DNA of 64,000 nucleotides. Origin: Harriotta raleighana (lineage: Eukaryota). The position numbers and the translations under genes were made by a program. The stretch is taken from NCBI GenBank assembly GCA_050575255.1, contig JBNZDD010013510.1, positions 297,636-361,635 of the forward strand. Reading direction: 5' to 3'. Positions 41,801 through 54,700 of the stretch are shown here, one piece after another. The notes under the pieces are model-generated. The model made no database searches. It saw only the letters and a list, made by a program, of their open reading frames with translations, and was not told where the DNA came from. Positions within the stretch are counted from its first letter, which is position 1; each line of letters starts with the position of its first letter.

Positions 41801-44427
41801 ATATTGCTGCAATTAATTAATTGGTGTTAACATTATGTTGGTTACATGACCAAGAAGCACTATCTTCCTTGGGAAGTGTGTGAAGGGGGTGGAATTCTTC
41901 TCACTCAGATGCAGTAACTCTGCAAGCCAAAGCCCCCATGGATAAAGTGGTTCTCTTTGAACAAGAAGAGAAAAGCTTGTCAGGTAGTGCTCTCAATTGC
42001 AAGCGACGGGGTTTTAAATGGTTAAGATCCAGCAATACAAGAGAGTCCCGCCAGCAAGCGAGTGCCCACCTCCATTCCAGGCAATGCAAAATTTCTATGT
42101 GTAGCTGGCACACATTTATGGTTGTCTCAGTCTGGTTTGGATACTCTTAAATATAGTGATGGGTTTCCACAGGTGTTTCGCATCCAACTTCGTCTGCATT
42201 CCAAAGAAGTGTTTTATTGATATTAGAATTTCTGTTTGTAAGTCATAAGTCACAGAATCCCAAACTATGCTGATGACAACCTAGTTTTTAAAGCACCCAT
42301 CAATATTTGAGTCACAATACTGTTGATATGTTTCCAAGAATTATTTCCATGATTCCCTTTATTTACATCAAACTGATGGTTGTGCAGGGATCTCACTTGG
42401 TACAAATATTCTTGAAGATGGATTTATAGNGTACCAAGTGAGATCCTTGTGCAGGGATCTCACTTGGTACAAATATTCTTGAAGATGGATTTATAGCTTT
42501 ATACTTCCTTATACTCCTCAAGCTACTTATTTCAATTCTTTGATTGTAAAGCCTATTGCATTCTTTTGTGGCAACGAAAGATGTTATATATCTGCCAACA
42601 TCAATTTTACGAGAGGCAAGTCACGTGCAGAGAAATGTGGTGTTATTGTACGAGCCTGACATCGTTATGTTTTTTTTTTTTAAAATTGGGATTAAAGTCT
42701 CAATACCAAGTTATAAATTGGTGCAACTTTTTACAATATTTTCTGATCCAGGAATAGCAAGTTAATGATAATAGCACTTCAAATTACACTATTGCTCACT
42801 CATCCCAATGCTATCCTTCTTTTTGGTCAGCGTCAGTATAGACACAATAGAACATTCAGTGCTGATTCCCCCTTCAAATATTTCTCCCCTTGAATTGTGG
42901 TACAGCATCAAAATTACATCATCATGGGGGATGGGGGGGGTGGTGTGGTGATATAATCAGTTCACAGCTAAATCTGTTGGGACTGCCACAAAAAATCTTA
43001 ACAATGATGTCTGAGACATTTCCAATCATCCAATTACTTAAGTCTGTACTCGATTCTCCGTAGCAGAGTTCCCCCCCCACAAAATATCAACCATCATCGA
43101 AGAAGCAGAGCCAAAAAGAATGGATGATTTATGTGCCTCTTATTCCCAGTGAAACAATAAATTGTGGTTCCCGTCCCATTCCCCATTCCCCAACCCCCAA
43201 CTCACTCAACTGGATACATTAGGACCACATATGTAGAAGAATGACAAGGAAAATACTTTGACGCTGGAAAATAAGAAAATAATAACCATCCTTGCTTTTG
43301 GGAATGTAGCAGTTTTCACACCTTTTAGATGTCTGAAGGTACTTCGCAGAATCTACTGTAAAGTGAATTGACTGGATACTTGCGGGCGAAAGATGACCTT
43401 AGATAGAATACAGCAGAAACTCCCATCACACTAGTTCTGACCAGGCTCCACTATCGCCAAACTGACCGATTTCAAGATCCTCTCAGTTATTTTCAAATCC
43501 CTTCATAATAAAGATATATATATTTTTTAAAAGCTTATGTTTGTATTCTAAAAGGTTAGATTTATGACAGCAATGAAGCGATGGTATATTTTGATGAACT
43601 GTGATATTAGAGTTGTTTCAGCACCATAATTTCTGGGCACAAAGATGAGAGCTTCTGTATTTGTGCCAGAAATTTAGGGATTATTGCGCCCACAGCTCTA
43701 AAAATATCAGAGAAAGCAATTTAAATTTAAAAAAATACAATTATAGTTCATTTTTAAACCTAGCTGTTTATATTCTCTATGACTCAATGATACAGGAATA
43801 TACCATTACTAAATTAAATCTGCCAGTCTGCAGATTTCTTACAATGATATAGAATTAATCTTATCCTAAACCATGAGAACTGCGATAATCTCACAAAGGA
43901 ATTATTTTTTGTTCTCAACAGTCCCTATGAGCTATCTAATGTTATCATAAATTTAAATAGATCAGTCTCTCAGTGATAAATATTAGTTGTGGCAAGATTC
44001 CAATATTATTTTTCAATTGCTCTAGAAAACCTTACAGTGATGTATCTCGTGCTTTTTGGACTGTATATATCTGATTTGTGGTTTACTGAATACAGCTCCA
44101 AATTATTACAGTATATCAATTCTGATAAAAATGCTTTAATGTTTAACTTGTTGGCATTACATTAGTCTTACTAGTTTTACAATTAACATTCACTCCGGTA
44201 CAAGCAGGAAAAATAATTTCTACAGAATCATCTCACAGGTTTGTTTTTTTCCTCCAATTATAGCAACCCAATTCCTTTAAAGTCAAAATGGAGCTTTTTT
44301 GATTGCTTTTAATGATATTCTCTCTATAGTTCCAGCAAATGAATGAAGATTTTGCATTAATGCTGGTACCAAAGTAAACCAGTAGAATACAAATCCCGCA
44401 TACTCACCCATAATAAACTTCACACTC

Positions 44428-44835
44428 TCATCACACTAGTCCTAACCAGGCTCCACTATTGCCAAAGATCCTCCCACTCGTTTTCAAATCCCTTCATGGC
44501 CTGGCACCACACAACGTCTTCGATCTGCCTACCTCCTAACCCACAACCCGCTGCCTCCACTCGACTGGCTCCAGCATATTGCACGTTCCTCATACCCTCC
44601 GTTTCACCATTGCTGCCACGAGGTCCCAAAACTCTGGAACATTCTTCCTCTATCCCTCCACCTTGCCCCTTCCTTCCCCATCTTCAGATCATGTCTGAAG
44701 ACCTTCTTATTTGAATGTGTCTACGGTCATCTTCCACCCTCCCTCCCATCCCCCAAAACTCAGAGTCTTGCACCGACACTGCCGAGCGCTCTGGAACTCT
44801 ACCCTGTATGAGGGTGGCTATACAAATGCAAGTTT
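44428..44835 (+). mobile_element. Degenerate L2 3' fragment (a related shorter piece lies at ~43425-43507)
   Basis: ITLVLTRLH..FKSLHGLAP-like segment, ending gagcgctctggaac...ggctatacaaatgcaagtt. Confidence 0.7.
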
Positions 44836-45704
44836 AAGTAGTCCAGGATGGAGGATATTTGGGTTTTATTGAACATCTTCGAATGAATTTCCAGTTTAGT
44901 GAGGCTACTCTCAAAACTCTGCAAGATTATTCTCCGAATTTATCAAACGCATTATTGAAGAGTTTCTTCACTTATTTGTCCCACATGGGTCTGGTCTTCA
45001 ATTAGAAGCCAACAAAACATGTGGTTTGTATTATTTCATGTCACAAGAGGATATAAATTGCTCATCATGGGCTCTGCATTTTCACAATTTTTCTGCAAAA
45101 ATATAATATTTTATTAACATCAGAAACATTTTTCTACAAATATTTCCTGCACTCAGGTTACTCTTGCACAATTGGCAATGTCAGCGACACTCTGAGCCTG
45201 GCAGGGTTCAGCATCGCACTCAACATTTAAGAGAAAAGAGAGCTTCCAAGACTAGAGTAAAGAGTGTTGGCAAGAGTTACACTATACTGTACTATGTTAG
45301 CCTATGACAATATATTGGTTTCATCAATGGGTATTTAAATCTGGTGTAAAGAGTTTACATTCCGTGTGGTGCAGTAGGTTTCAGTTCAGATGATACACTT
45401 TCAATTCCAATTCATTGCACTCCAAAAACTGGCTCAGTTGGTAGATTCCAAACACTACATGGATTATATTATATTTTCCTTGTAAATAAATGGAGGGTGG
45501 ATGAATTAGACCTGGTGGAAATATATCCAAAGGCCACCTATCAGACATAATTCTAATTCAGATTTGGTGCAAAATTAGCCTGGCAGATTTCCACCAATAT
45601 CATTTCAGTTCTAATGGTCCCAAATCTACTCTGTGTTACTGCAATTTTTTTTAATACTATAGTACTGTAGCATTCTTGATCCAAAAAAGTTGGACAAGTT
45701 AGAA

Positions 45705-45781
45705 CAGTTTATTGCTAAAGGAATGCTACTAATGAATCAAGGGACTAGCTTCATTAGTTGCATTCCTTTAGTAATAAACTG
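45705..45781. repeat. Inverted repeat: 32-bp arms (30/32 complementary) with a 13-nt loop
   Basis: cagtttattgctaaaggaatgctactaatgaa - tcaagggactagc - ttcattagttgcattcctttagtaataaactg. Confidence 0.92.
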
Positions 45782-47614
45782 CAAGGGAGTTGTTGCTTAA
45801 TTACAACTCTCCAATTCTACTTCTCTCTTACCAAATTCCCTTCTAAATTGGTTCAGTTTTAAGTCTAAAGATTTCTTACATCTAAGCTATGCAAGATATT
45901 TCTTGCACAAGCAGTCATTGATCAAAGAAACTTTAAATCCGAAGAGGCGACAACAGAAATGCTGATTTTTTTTCAGTGATGGGATGAAATCGCCACAATA
46001 GCTCCACAGAACTACACTGAAAAAAAGATTGAAATACCGTATTTCTGAGATCCAAATGAAACTACATACTCATACCACTATGAGACTATGTATTTTCATT
46101 AGCATTTTAGGTGCTATTTAGGTTGGTTCTCAGTGGTCTATGGTGTACATTTTATAATCCTTAGTTGATCTTAAATAATTCAGACTGCGAATCACAGGTT
46201 ACAGAACTTCTAAAGTGCAGCATTTTAATCTTTCTTCAGCATCAACTTAAGAAATGCTTTGCTCTCATCAACAAAGTGTATGTGCAAATACAAATTTTGG
46301 ACAAGAAAACATTCACAATGATTTGTTAAAATTAATGCACTCCTTAATTTCTTTTCTTTTTTTCTGATTGTTATTTGTCTTATCTACTGTTATTCGTGGC
46401 ACCTCACACAGCTATTGAATGCATGGAATTCCAATGTACCTAACCACTAACAGTTCATGCCAATTGTACATAGTTCCTCATCCAAGTGAAACAATGAAGT
46501 ATGAATCCTGATCCAGGCCTGAAATATTCCCCCAATTATCTGGTGTTAAATATTTAGGGCACAAAGTATTAACAAATCTACTAACTTTCACCTGGAAGTT
46601 GCAACAAAACTACTACATTTTCTCTGAATATTAAACATTTTGATTTAGACTATTGCTGAAGAAATCATTGAATTTTACTACCTGTGAAATATACAGTAAT
46701 ATTTACAACGGCCGAAACAAAGCTGATTAGCTCCGGCCAACTTCATAAACCTTCAGTTGTGCTGCATGTTTGACAGATGAATTATTGCCAAGCTTACGGT
46801 AATTCATTATCAAACATACGGCGTGAAGCCACTGCAACAATTGGCTATTTTTACTCTTGACGTCTGACTGAGTAAATGAACCTGCTTGACATCACCTTAG
46901 AAAAAGATTGGAAGTTTTACCGAAACATAGATACGAGTATCCAAAGTATGCTATTATCTCACGATTTGGTTGTCCTCTTCGAAACATTACTGCTATGAGA
47001 TAGTATCGAATCTTTTAATGATTCAGAAATACCTGTGTTTAAAATGTACAACACTGTTGTATTGCTTCACGCGAGCCCTATAAAGAGAAATATCCTTCCT
47101 CGCATACTTTTGTAATTCCACAAATAGTTTTGTTCTGGGGGGAAAATATGCGTAGCACGCAATTGAGATCGAGAGGAAGTGCAATATTTCAGTTTTCTTA
47201 TTGTTACAATACTTTTGTGACAAAACACTTTCTCGTCCTTCAGGAAGTTTCATTATACTGTAGCAAGCAAAGGAATTCAAACCTCAAAGTGATCCCTCGA
47301 TAAGAACCAATTTTGCAGTCCTCTGCGGGCCTGTACAAACAAGGTTTGCACAATTAGGTATGAAAAACATTTTGAGCAATTTTTTCCCAAACACTTCTGC
47401 AGTTTTGTTTGGCGCATTAGAAACCTTTTATTTCTGGAGGCTTTCCAAGCATATACTTTGAGTGTCAGGGTAATCAATACATGCTTGTCTGTCTTTACTC
47501 ATGAGTTTGGCCTAGAAGGATGCATCATTAGAGCAAAGTGTTTTAGAGGAAAGTGACTGTTGTTCGTGTCACATCAAAACAAACGTTACCCCCTGACGAA
47601 AAGAACTGCACTTT

Positions 47615-47860
47615 CAACAACAACAACAACAACAAAATTACACTTGTATAGCGCCTTTCACGTCGGGAGGACGTCCCAAAGTGCTGAACAGTCAGGTCGG
47701 ACCCGAGCGGGAGGGAGGGTCGGGGTTGGGGGAGGGGGAAGGAGAGTGGGAGAAGGGGAAGAGTCAGTGAGGAAGCCGAAAGCGCGGTCGAAGAGGAAGA
47801 CCTTGAGACCGGCCTTGAAGGAGGAAAGGGAGGAAGCAAGGCGGGATAGAGTTCCATAGT
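47615..47860 (-). mobile_element. Young L2 3' end with (TTG)n tail
   Basis: Translates as RLASSLSSFKAGLKVFLFDRAF; terminal stem-loop nearly identical to 4800-4850. Confidence 0.88.
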
Positions 47861-48423
47861 GTGGGGGATTATGGAATAATGCAAGTTTCACCAACCAAAC
47901 CAAATGAAAATCTCAACAATTTGAATTCCTGTACTTCGAATGAGTCATACTCTAAGTAATTAAGCAAATCACAAGCAAAGCCAATCCACAAAACAGATTT
48001 ATATCCTATTCCACAAAATCTTTCCCATATGGTCAAACTTTAACACCCCCCCCTACCCCCTACTGTTCTTAAATAAGAAATATTTCTATATCTTTTATCC
48101 TGAATCTAGGATAAAAATCATGTTGAATAAATATGAAGAACAATGTTTAAACTTGACAACCAACAATGCTATAGGTAAAATTTATACAGTGACACTTTAA
48201 ATTTACAGAACAAGTTCAGCAAAATATACATGACCCAAAGAAAGGAACACAATCTCATTCAACCATGAAATTACAAGATTTAGTATTTATTCTTGTTCCT
48301 TCATCATCCATAATCCATAATCCATGGCAAATTAGATTTTAAGAGTTTCTCTGTATTATCCTATAGCGCAATGGTTACCGTACAAGAAAGAACAGAAACA
48401 ACAGCAGAATTACACTTGTATAG

Positions 48424-48711
48424 CAAGAGACCTCGGTTTATTTCAAGGCAGGATGAAATCTTGGGCAAGTTTCCTTCCTCCACATACCTAATAAGAATCC
48501 CACCCCCACCACCCCTCAAACAAAAAAGATTAGTCATTTCAATCCATGACTGTTTGTGGGACGCTGCTGTGTGCAATTGGTGGCCGTGTTTCGCCCACAA
48601 AAATATACTGTCAATTCACTTTACACTATATTCTGTGAAGCACTTGGAGACGTCTAGAAGATGTGAAAAATGCTAATATCAAATGAAAGGATTATTAGTA
48701 TTATTATTATT
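48424..48711 (+). mobile_element. tRNA-derived SINE lacking the first part of the head
   Basis: cttgggcaagtttccttcctccacatacct ... actgtttgtgggacgctgctgtgtgcaattgg ... aaggattattagtattattatt. Confidence 0.85.
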
Positions 48712-51700
48712 TAATTTACGAAAAGCTGTTACTGTCAGTTGGTTCAATGTGAAATGCACTCTGGGCCTTATTCGTGAATGAGATCCTCCCAATCTCAAAT
48801 TTGAGATGGCCATCCTTTCTGCGTAGTTTATCTGAAGTTCTGTGCAAACAGAAAGACAGATAACTTCATATAGAATACTTAATAAGGCAACAAAGCTACA
48901 GCATCTAATCTCAACAAATGAGCCTGTCCCTTTCAATAACCAAGCCTCAAAGTCTACCCAACACATAACCTGACCTCTCTTTTAGTTGTAGTTTCTGACA
49001 GAGTCGTGGGATTAAGATGCAGGAGATAAAAAGAAAAACTAAATTGCTATAACTATGGCTTGAATGCCGAAAAAATAAATGTGCCAGCGTATTTTTCTCA
49101 CCATTATAATGACCATATGGAGAAGTAGAAATGCAAATGGAAACAAATATTTTGAAGGCCCCACCACCTTAAAAAAAAATGTGTTCTCAACTGCGCAAAA
49201 AAGCCTCTCTGTGGATTGGGATTGGCCACATTTATATATCTCCAATTTCAGAAGTGCCAATCAGACGTGTGCCCAACATCTGCTAAAACACGTATGCCCT
49301 TCTTCAATCACTAAGCATTTGACTGCAGAAATGTTCAGTTTGCAAACAAATGACTTGTAATTGTGGTAATTGCGCTCTGTAAAGCTATCCAGACTACAGT
49401 TAGCTAAAGGTTGTTTGTATGGAACGATGTCTGGCATTATGATCACGTGCCCTACGATAACAATTTCTCCAGATGTGCCTGCCCAGTCAATCAAAGAAAT
49501 GTCTCTTATGAGAATCCAAGGTTGCTGAAGTCAGTCACCTGCCAAGACAGAATCATTTTTGCAATTGAGTAACTTGGTGGAAACAGCATCTATCTGCACT
49601 GTAAGAGAACCTTTCAACAACTATTGTACGCACTGAATTATTTACAGCTCCGTAAAGTATTTGTACCAAACTGCCAGCACTGTCAGGTGGTAATATTGTA
49701 GTTTTGGCGGTAATGTTGCAGGCTGGTGAGATGAATGTGAACTGATTTTTAAAGATCGGGAAGTAACTCATAGTGTGCAACCTGGCTCCTTCAGAGAGGA
49801 TGTCCTGATGAGGTTCCAGCTGGGATGTTTCCATGTTTACTAGGAGACTCAACCTTACAGAGTCTTGAATTCGTCTCCTGGCTCCTTCCTGAAAATGTGT
49901 TCTTACCAGCCAAGAGTCTAGACGAAATCCTTCTGACGATTCTAGCGTACATTTTGAGGTTAGGCTCAAAGAACAGTACCAAGTTCTGGTGGGCCATATC
50001 ACTACCTGGAGGATTCAATTTTGTTTTGTCTCGTTTAACCGGATTTCTGAATTCATACTCCTTTTAAATTAATGATTTTGAGTTAACACCCAGGGAAGAC
50101 TCCATGATTTTAGGTAGGATTATATAAAATGATACAGCATGCACAGGCTAAATGACCCAACTCGTTCCAGTGGTTGTATATACAAACTTCCTGATCTCTT
50201 CTCCTATACCCCTTCTGTTCCCTCTTGGTGCTTTTTGCTTCAACCAAAACTTCTGACAGCAAGTTTCACATTCTCCAAATGTAAAAAGTCTCTCCTAAAT
50301 GACAGCTTATAATTGCTACGAGATGAGATTCATGCTGACAATGTGCTTCACAGAAGGTAAGTTTGAAAAGCAAACAGAATTTACACTATCCTGTGGTTAT
50401 TTGCTAGAATTTTGTAAATTTAGATTAAAATTAAGATTAAATTCATTTTGCCTACAAAACACACCAGACTTTTTTATGTGATGCACTTTGAGACATCTTG
50501 AAGACATGATGAGGCACTTCACCAAATGCAAGGATTATTATTATATGTTGTCTNCACACTATCCTGTGGTTATTTGCTAGAATTTTGTAAATTTAGAACT
50601 TTCATTTTGCCTACAAAACACACCAGATTTTATTATGCGATGCACTTTGAGACATCTTGAAAACATGATGAGGCACTTCACCAAATGCAAGGATTATTAT
50701 TATATGTTGTCTTTAAAGTCCTTTAAATCACCGAAAATGTTAACATTTAGTCGAAACATTCTGGCAGAATGAACGAATTTCATATAATATTTTAACTCTT
50801 TTGGCAATCAGAAAATCTTTGGATATGTTTCAAAAGGTACGTGTGCAAGAAAAAAAGATAACATTTTATTCATACACACATTAACTTCTCAATGTGTTTT
50901 GCCACATTAACTCTCTTTTATATTTGGTTTTCTATAACATATCCCTTTCTAGTGTACATCAGTGCAATCAGGATATAAATAGCAATAACTCATACGATGC
51001 TGCAAAGAGCATTTACTAACTTAAAATCCACGGTAGCCAGCCCCTGAACGCTTGGTCTGGGGAAAATACGTTGTTGACTAAATTCACCATGAATCACACT
51101 AGTTTCTGTAAGACTTCTGAGATGCAAGGATAACTGAACGTACCATTTGCAATTTTATGAATTTGCAATGAACTTCTGCAATTTTTGGCAGGTATACCAC
51201 TTGTTTTTTGAAATAGGACAGATACAGTTTTGTTCTATGGCTGGCCGGAATGTTAAGTGGGGGGGAAAAACATACAGCTTGTTTTTGTTTACAAAGCCAG
51301 GATTACTTTGTTAAAATGGGAATATCGCCGAAACTGCTCCAATTTCAAATGGTGTTAAGAAAGGTATTCACACGTTTAATGTAATATTTCAGCCATCACA
51401 TGTGCCTTGTCTTAATGCTTGAGCATTGTTGGCTGGAAGGAGACACTTTGTGCATGAATTCCCCCTGCTGTGACATCATGAATGAGTAGATTGGATTGAG
51501 GGCAGCATTCCTCATTCATTGAGCTAAATGCAAAATGACTACTCCCAGGCTATCTCCAGCCAGCAGGTCTAGAATATAAAACAGGACAGCAAGGGGTAAC
51601 TGTGGGACACTGCTAAATGTACAGATGTCCCCCTTTATGGTAGAACTATATGAAATTATGAAAAGAAGAACAAACTATATTTCCCCACTGAACCTTTTCA

Positions 51701-54700
51701 AAGCAGTGGTGATAAACAGAAGGGGCTTTCATGATTCACAAATAGGTATTTCAATGGTTTAAAATTTAATAAATAATACATTTTTGATAAATGATATGCA
51801 CAAGAACCAGTGCAATGTAAATTATATCCCGATGGCAAAGCAGGAAAGTTGCAACTCACGAGTGGGATATAATTCAGTCTCTTAACTCACCTCTCATTTT
51901 GAGCCAAAGATTTAGTAAGCAATCAAATGAATTCGTCTCATGACAAATGATTTACAAAAAAAAAGTCTTCTGGGCTGACTGTTACATTATACAACTTGAA
52001 AATAAATAGCAACTGGGTGAATACAAAGGGATCATAAAACTGCTCAAAAGGGGTAGCTTTATTACTGAATCATTATAGCAAATCCAGAAAATGACATTCA
52101 AAACTAAAATTTAAAAAATAAAAGATTTGAAACTTGTTTTGTTCAACTGGCATGTGTCTAGTTAAATTTTTAAAAATTAATATAACTTTTTTAAAAACAA
52201 ACTATTTTTTATTCATTTCTAACTTTAAAACTGATTACCTATGTTTCTGCCTTTATCTCTCAACTCCCATCGTATATTTTTGAAAAGTGAGAGCAATATT
52301 GTTTGTATAAATGTTTCTCGTTGGCTCAAATCCAAATTGGTGTTTGCACTCAATGAAAGGAAAGATGCACCCGGAGCAATCTCTGGCATGATGTTTGCCT
52401 CCGAAAGCTAGAAGTGAGAACCATGAACAAAGAAATCCTCATGATTTAACTCTACCAGACAAGTAAACCCATTGGCAGCATTGCAAGGGTTAAAAGAAAC
52501 AGTTTGCAGCATTGGAAGGGGGTAGATGTTAATTATAAATTTAAATAGAAACTAAATTAATGAGAAAATTGTGGATTGGTTCCAGTCGTATTGTTATGAA
52601 ACCTATTTTTTTTTTCCACCGTCTGCTGAGTTGGGATGTCACATCCATAAAGTAGACAATATTTCACAGAGATGATTTAATAACATGTGGTCTAAATATA
52701 ATGATTTACATTAAAATTAAAAAATGCTTTTGGTAGATAACTGAACCGTTGCTGACATTGGTTGCTCTGCGCTCTGGTAAATATGCCTGAATTCAAAATT
52801 TCTGCACCACTTGCCCACAGGAATTTCACAGCGAGCATACCATGCATACCTACTCCAAAACTGTGGACGGAAATGGCTTGCCAAAAAAAACTAATGTCTG
52901 CTTCAAAGATATCTGTGCTGAAACAGTACTTAGTGCATTGAATTCAGTTAATAAAACACCAGAAACAATAACAGAAACTATAAAGCAACATTCTTTTCAT
53001 TGCTCTCGTCAGGATGCAAATAAACTATTCAGTGAATGCAACCAGGTATGTAATAATTAACTAACCACACACACCGTGTTTCCCTAAAACTGTTTCAATG
53101 TTAGTTACAGTCAGTGCAATTGATTTTTAATGATCACACTGCATTTTACAAATCGTTGTCCATTCTTAAAATAGTTGCCCAGCTCACATACTTTACCTTT
53201 TCAACTCATCCTAAATGCGAATAAAGGAAAGCAGGTTCATACATACTGTGGAAAGCAGGTTCATACATACATACTATGTAACTTAACACAGTACGTGAAA
53301 AAAAACANATCCTCTATGTAACTTAACACAGTACGTGAAAAAAAACACAAAAGGTTTCTCTCANTGTGGAAAGCAGGTTCATACATACATACTATGTAAC
53401 TTAACACAGTACGTGAAAAAAAACACAAAAGGTTTCTCTCAACCCCAACTCATCAGCAGATATAGTTCTAGCCAACAACATCTGCAAATTCTTATGATGA
53501 CTGAGTTAAAGAGGCATCTTTAATGAACTGGCAAACGAAAATCAATAAGAAGGAATTCATTCTAGAGTTCAAGTTCTTTTATAGTGCAACATCATTGCAC
53601 TCTTGTACATTGTAACACATCCAATATTGGATAGTAGAGTACTGTATGTCAAAGATATTTGTTGTTGTAGTAACCTTCCCTGAAACAGTTAGCAAAGCTA
53701 AATAAAAAGACCAAGTCCCAAAGTGCAAATTGATTAATGCAGACAGCTTCATTGGAAACAGTAACTTACGTTTTCCAATGGCTGTGAAAAGCTTCTGTCC
53801 AAGATCACAAACACATGGTCAAAGCAATTATTTCTAATGAACAGAAAGCAAACTGCTCCAGTCTCATTACTAAAATCACCCAAATTAAAGATTCTGTTAC
53901 TGGCCTTGACACGATCTCTGGTACTCAGTTTCAAACTGGCTGAAGGGATATCATTGAAAGAGTACATCTTCTCAGCTGTTCCACCTTGGCTTAACCCTGT
54001 TACTTGGGTTTGCTCCAAGCTCATCTACATGCATCTGTGTCTGAGCCATCTTGACACCTAACCTACACAACCCAGGCATAATGAGACAAAGCAACGCTTT
54101 TTTTTTACTTCAAACATACCCATAGCCTGATAAGCCCTCAGACTTTTATCCTTTCACTGATTGGGTTTGATGTCAATCAGAGTACTGTTAACTGAACAAG
54201 ATAATTTGTGTTCAACCAGCCACTGCATGTCAAACTGCAAACCATATCTTCACAGCAGCATCTCAAGTAACAAAACTTATATTATAGGTCTAAAATCTCT
54301 TAAATCAACTTTCTCAAGGTCAGCCCAAACCACAATAGTTGGAAGGCAGTAAAATGATGGTTAAGCATCCTACAGACAATCTAGGAATTGGACAATGCAA
54401 GTGACATTTATAAAGCGTCTCTCATGTTGGGACGACATCCCAAGGCACTGAAGACTCAGGGTCAATCTGTCGAGACAATCACCTTCCAATACACCTTTCC
54501 TTCTCAGTTCTCCAGCTTGGTGAAGTGCAACTGAATGCACTGAAAACAAATAGAGAAAATCCCATTAAAAGGCACACACATTTTTTTCGTCATTGTTTTT
54601 AAATAGGTGTTCACAACTTGTCTGGTTTGTGTAACTTTTGGGCCAATTGTAAAGGTAAAAGTAAAGATAGCATTTACAGTTTGATCAACTGTAAATGTTA

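Noticed and set aside
49500-50110. Overlapping ORFs, possible DNA-transposon remnant
   Set aside because: No recognisable transposase motif, terminal inverted repeats or splice context.
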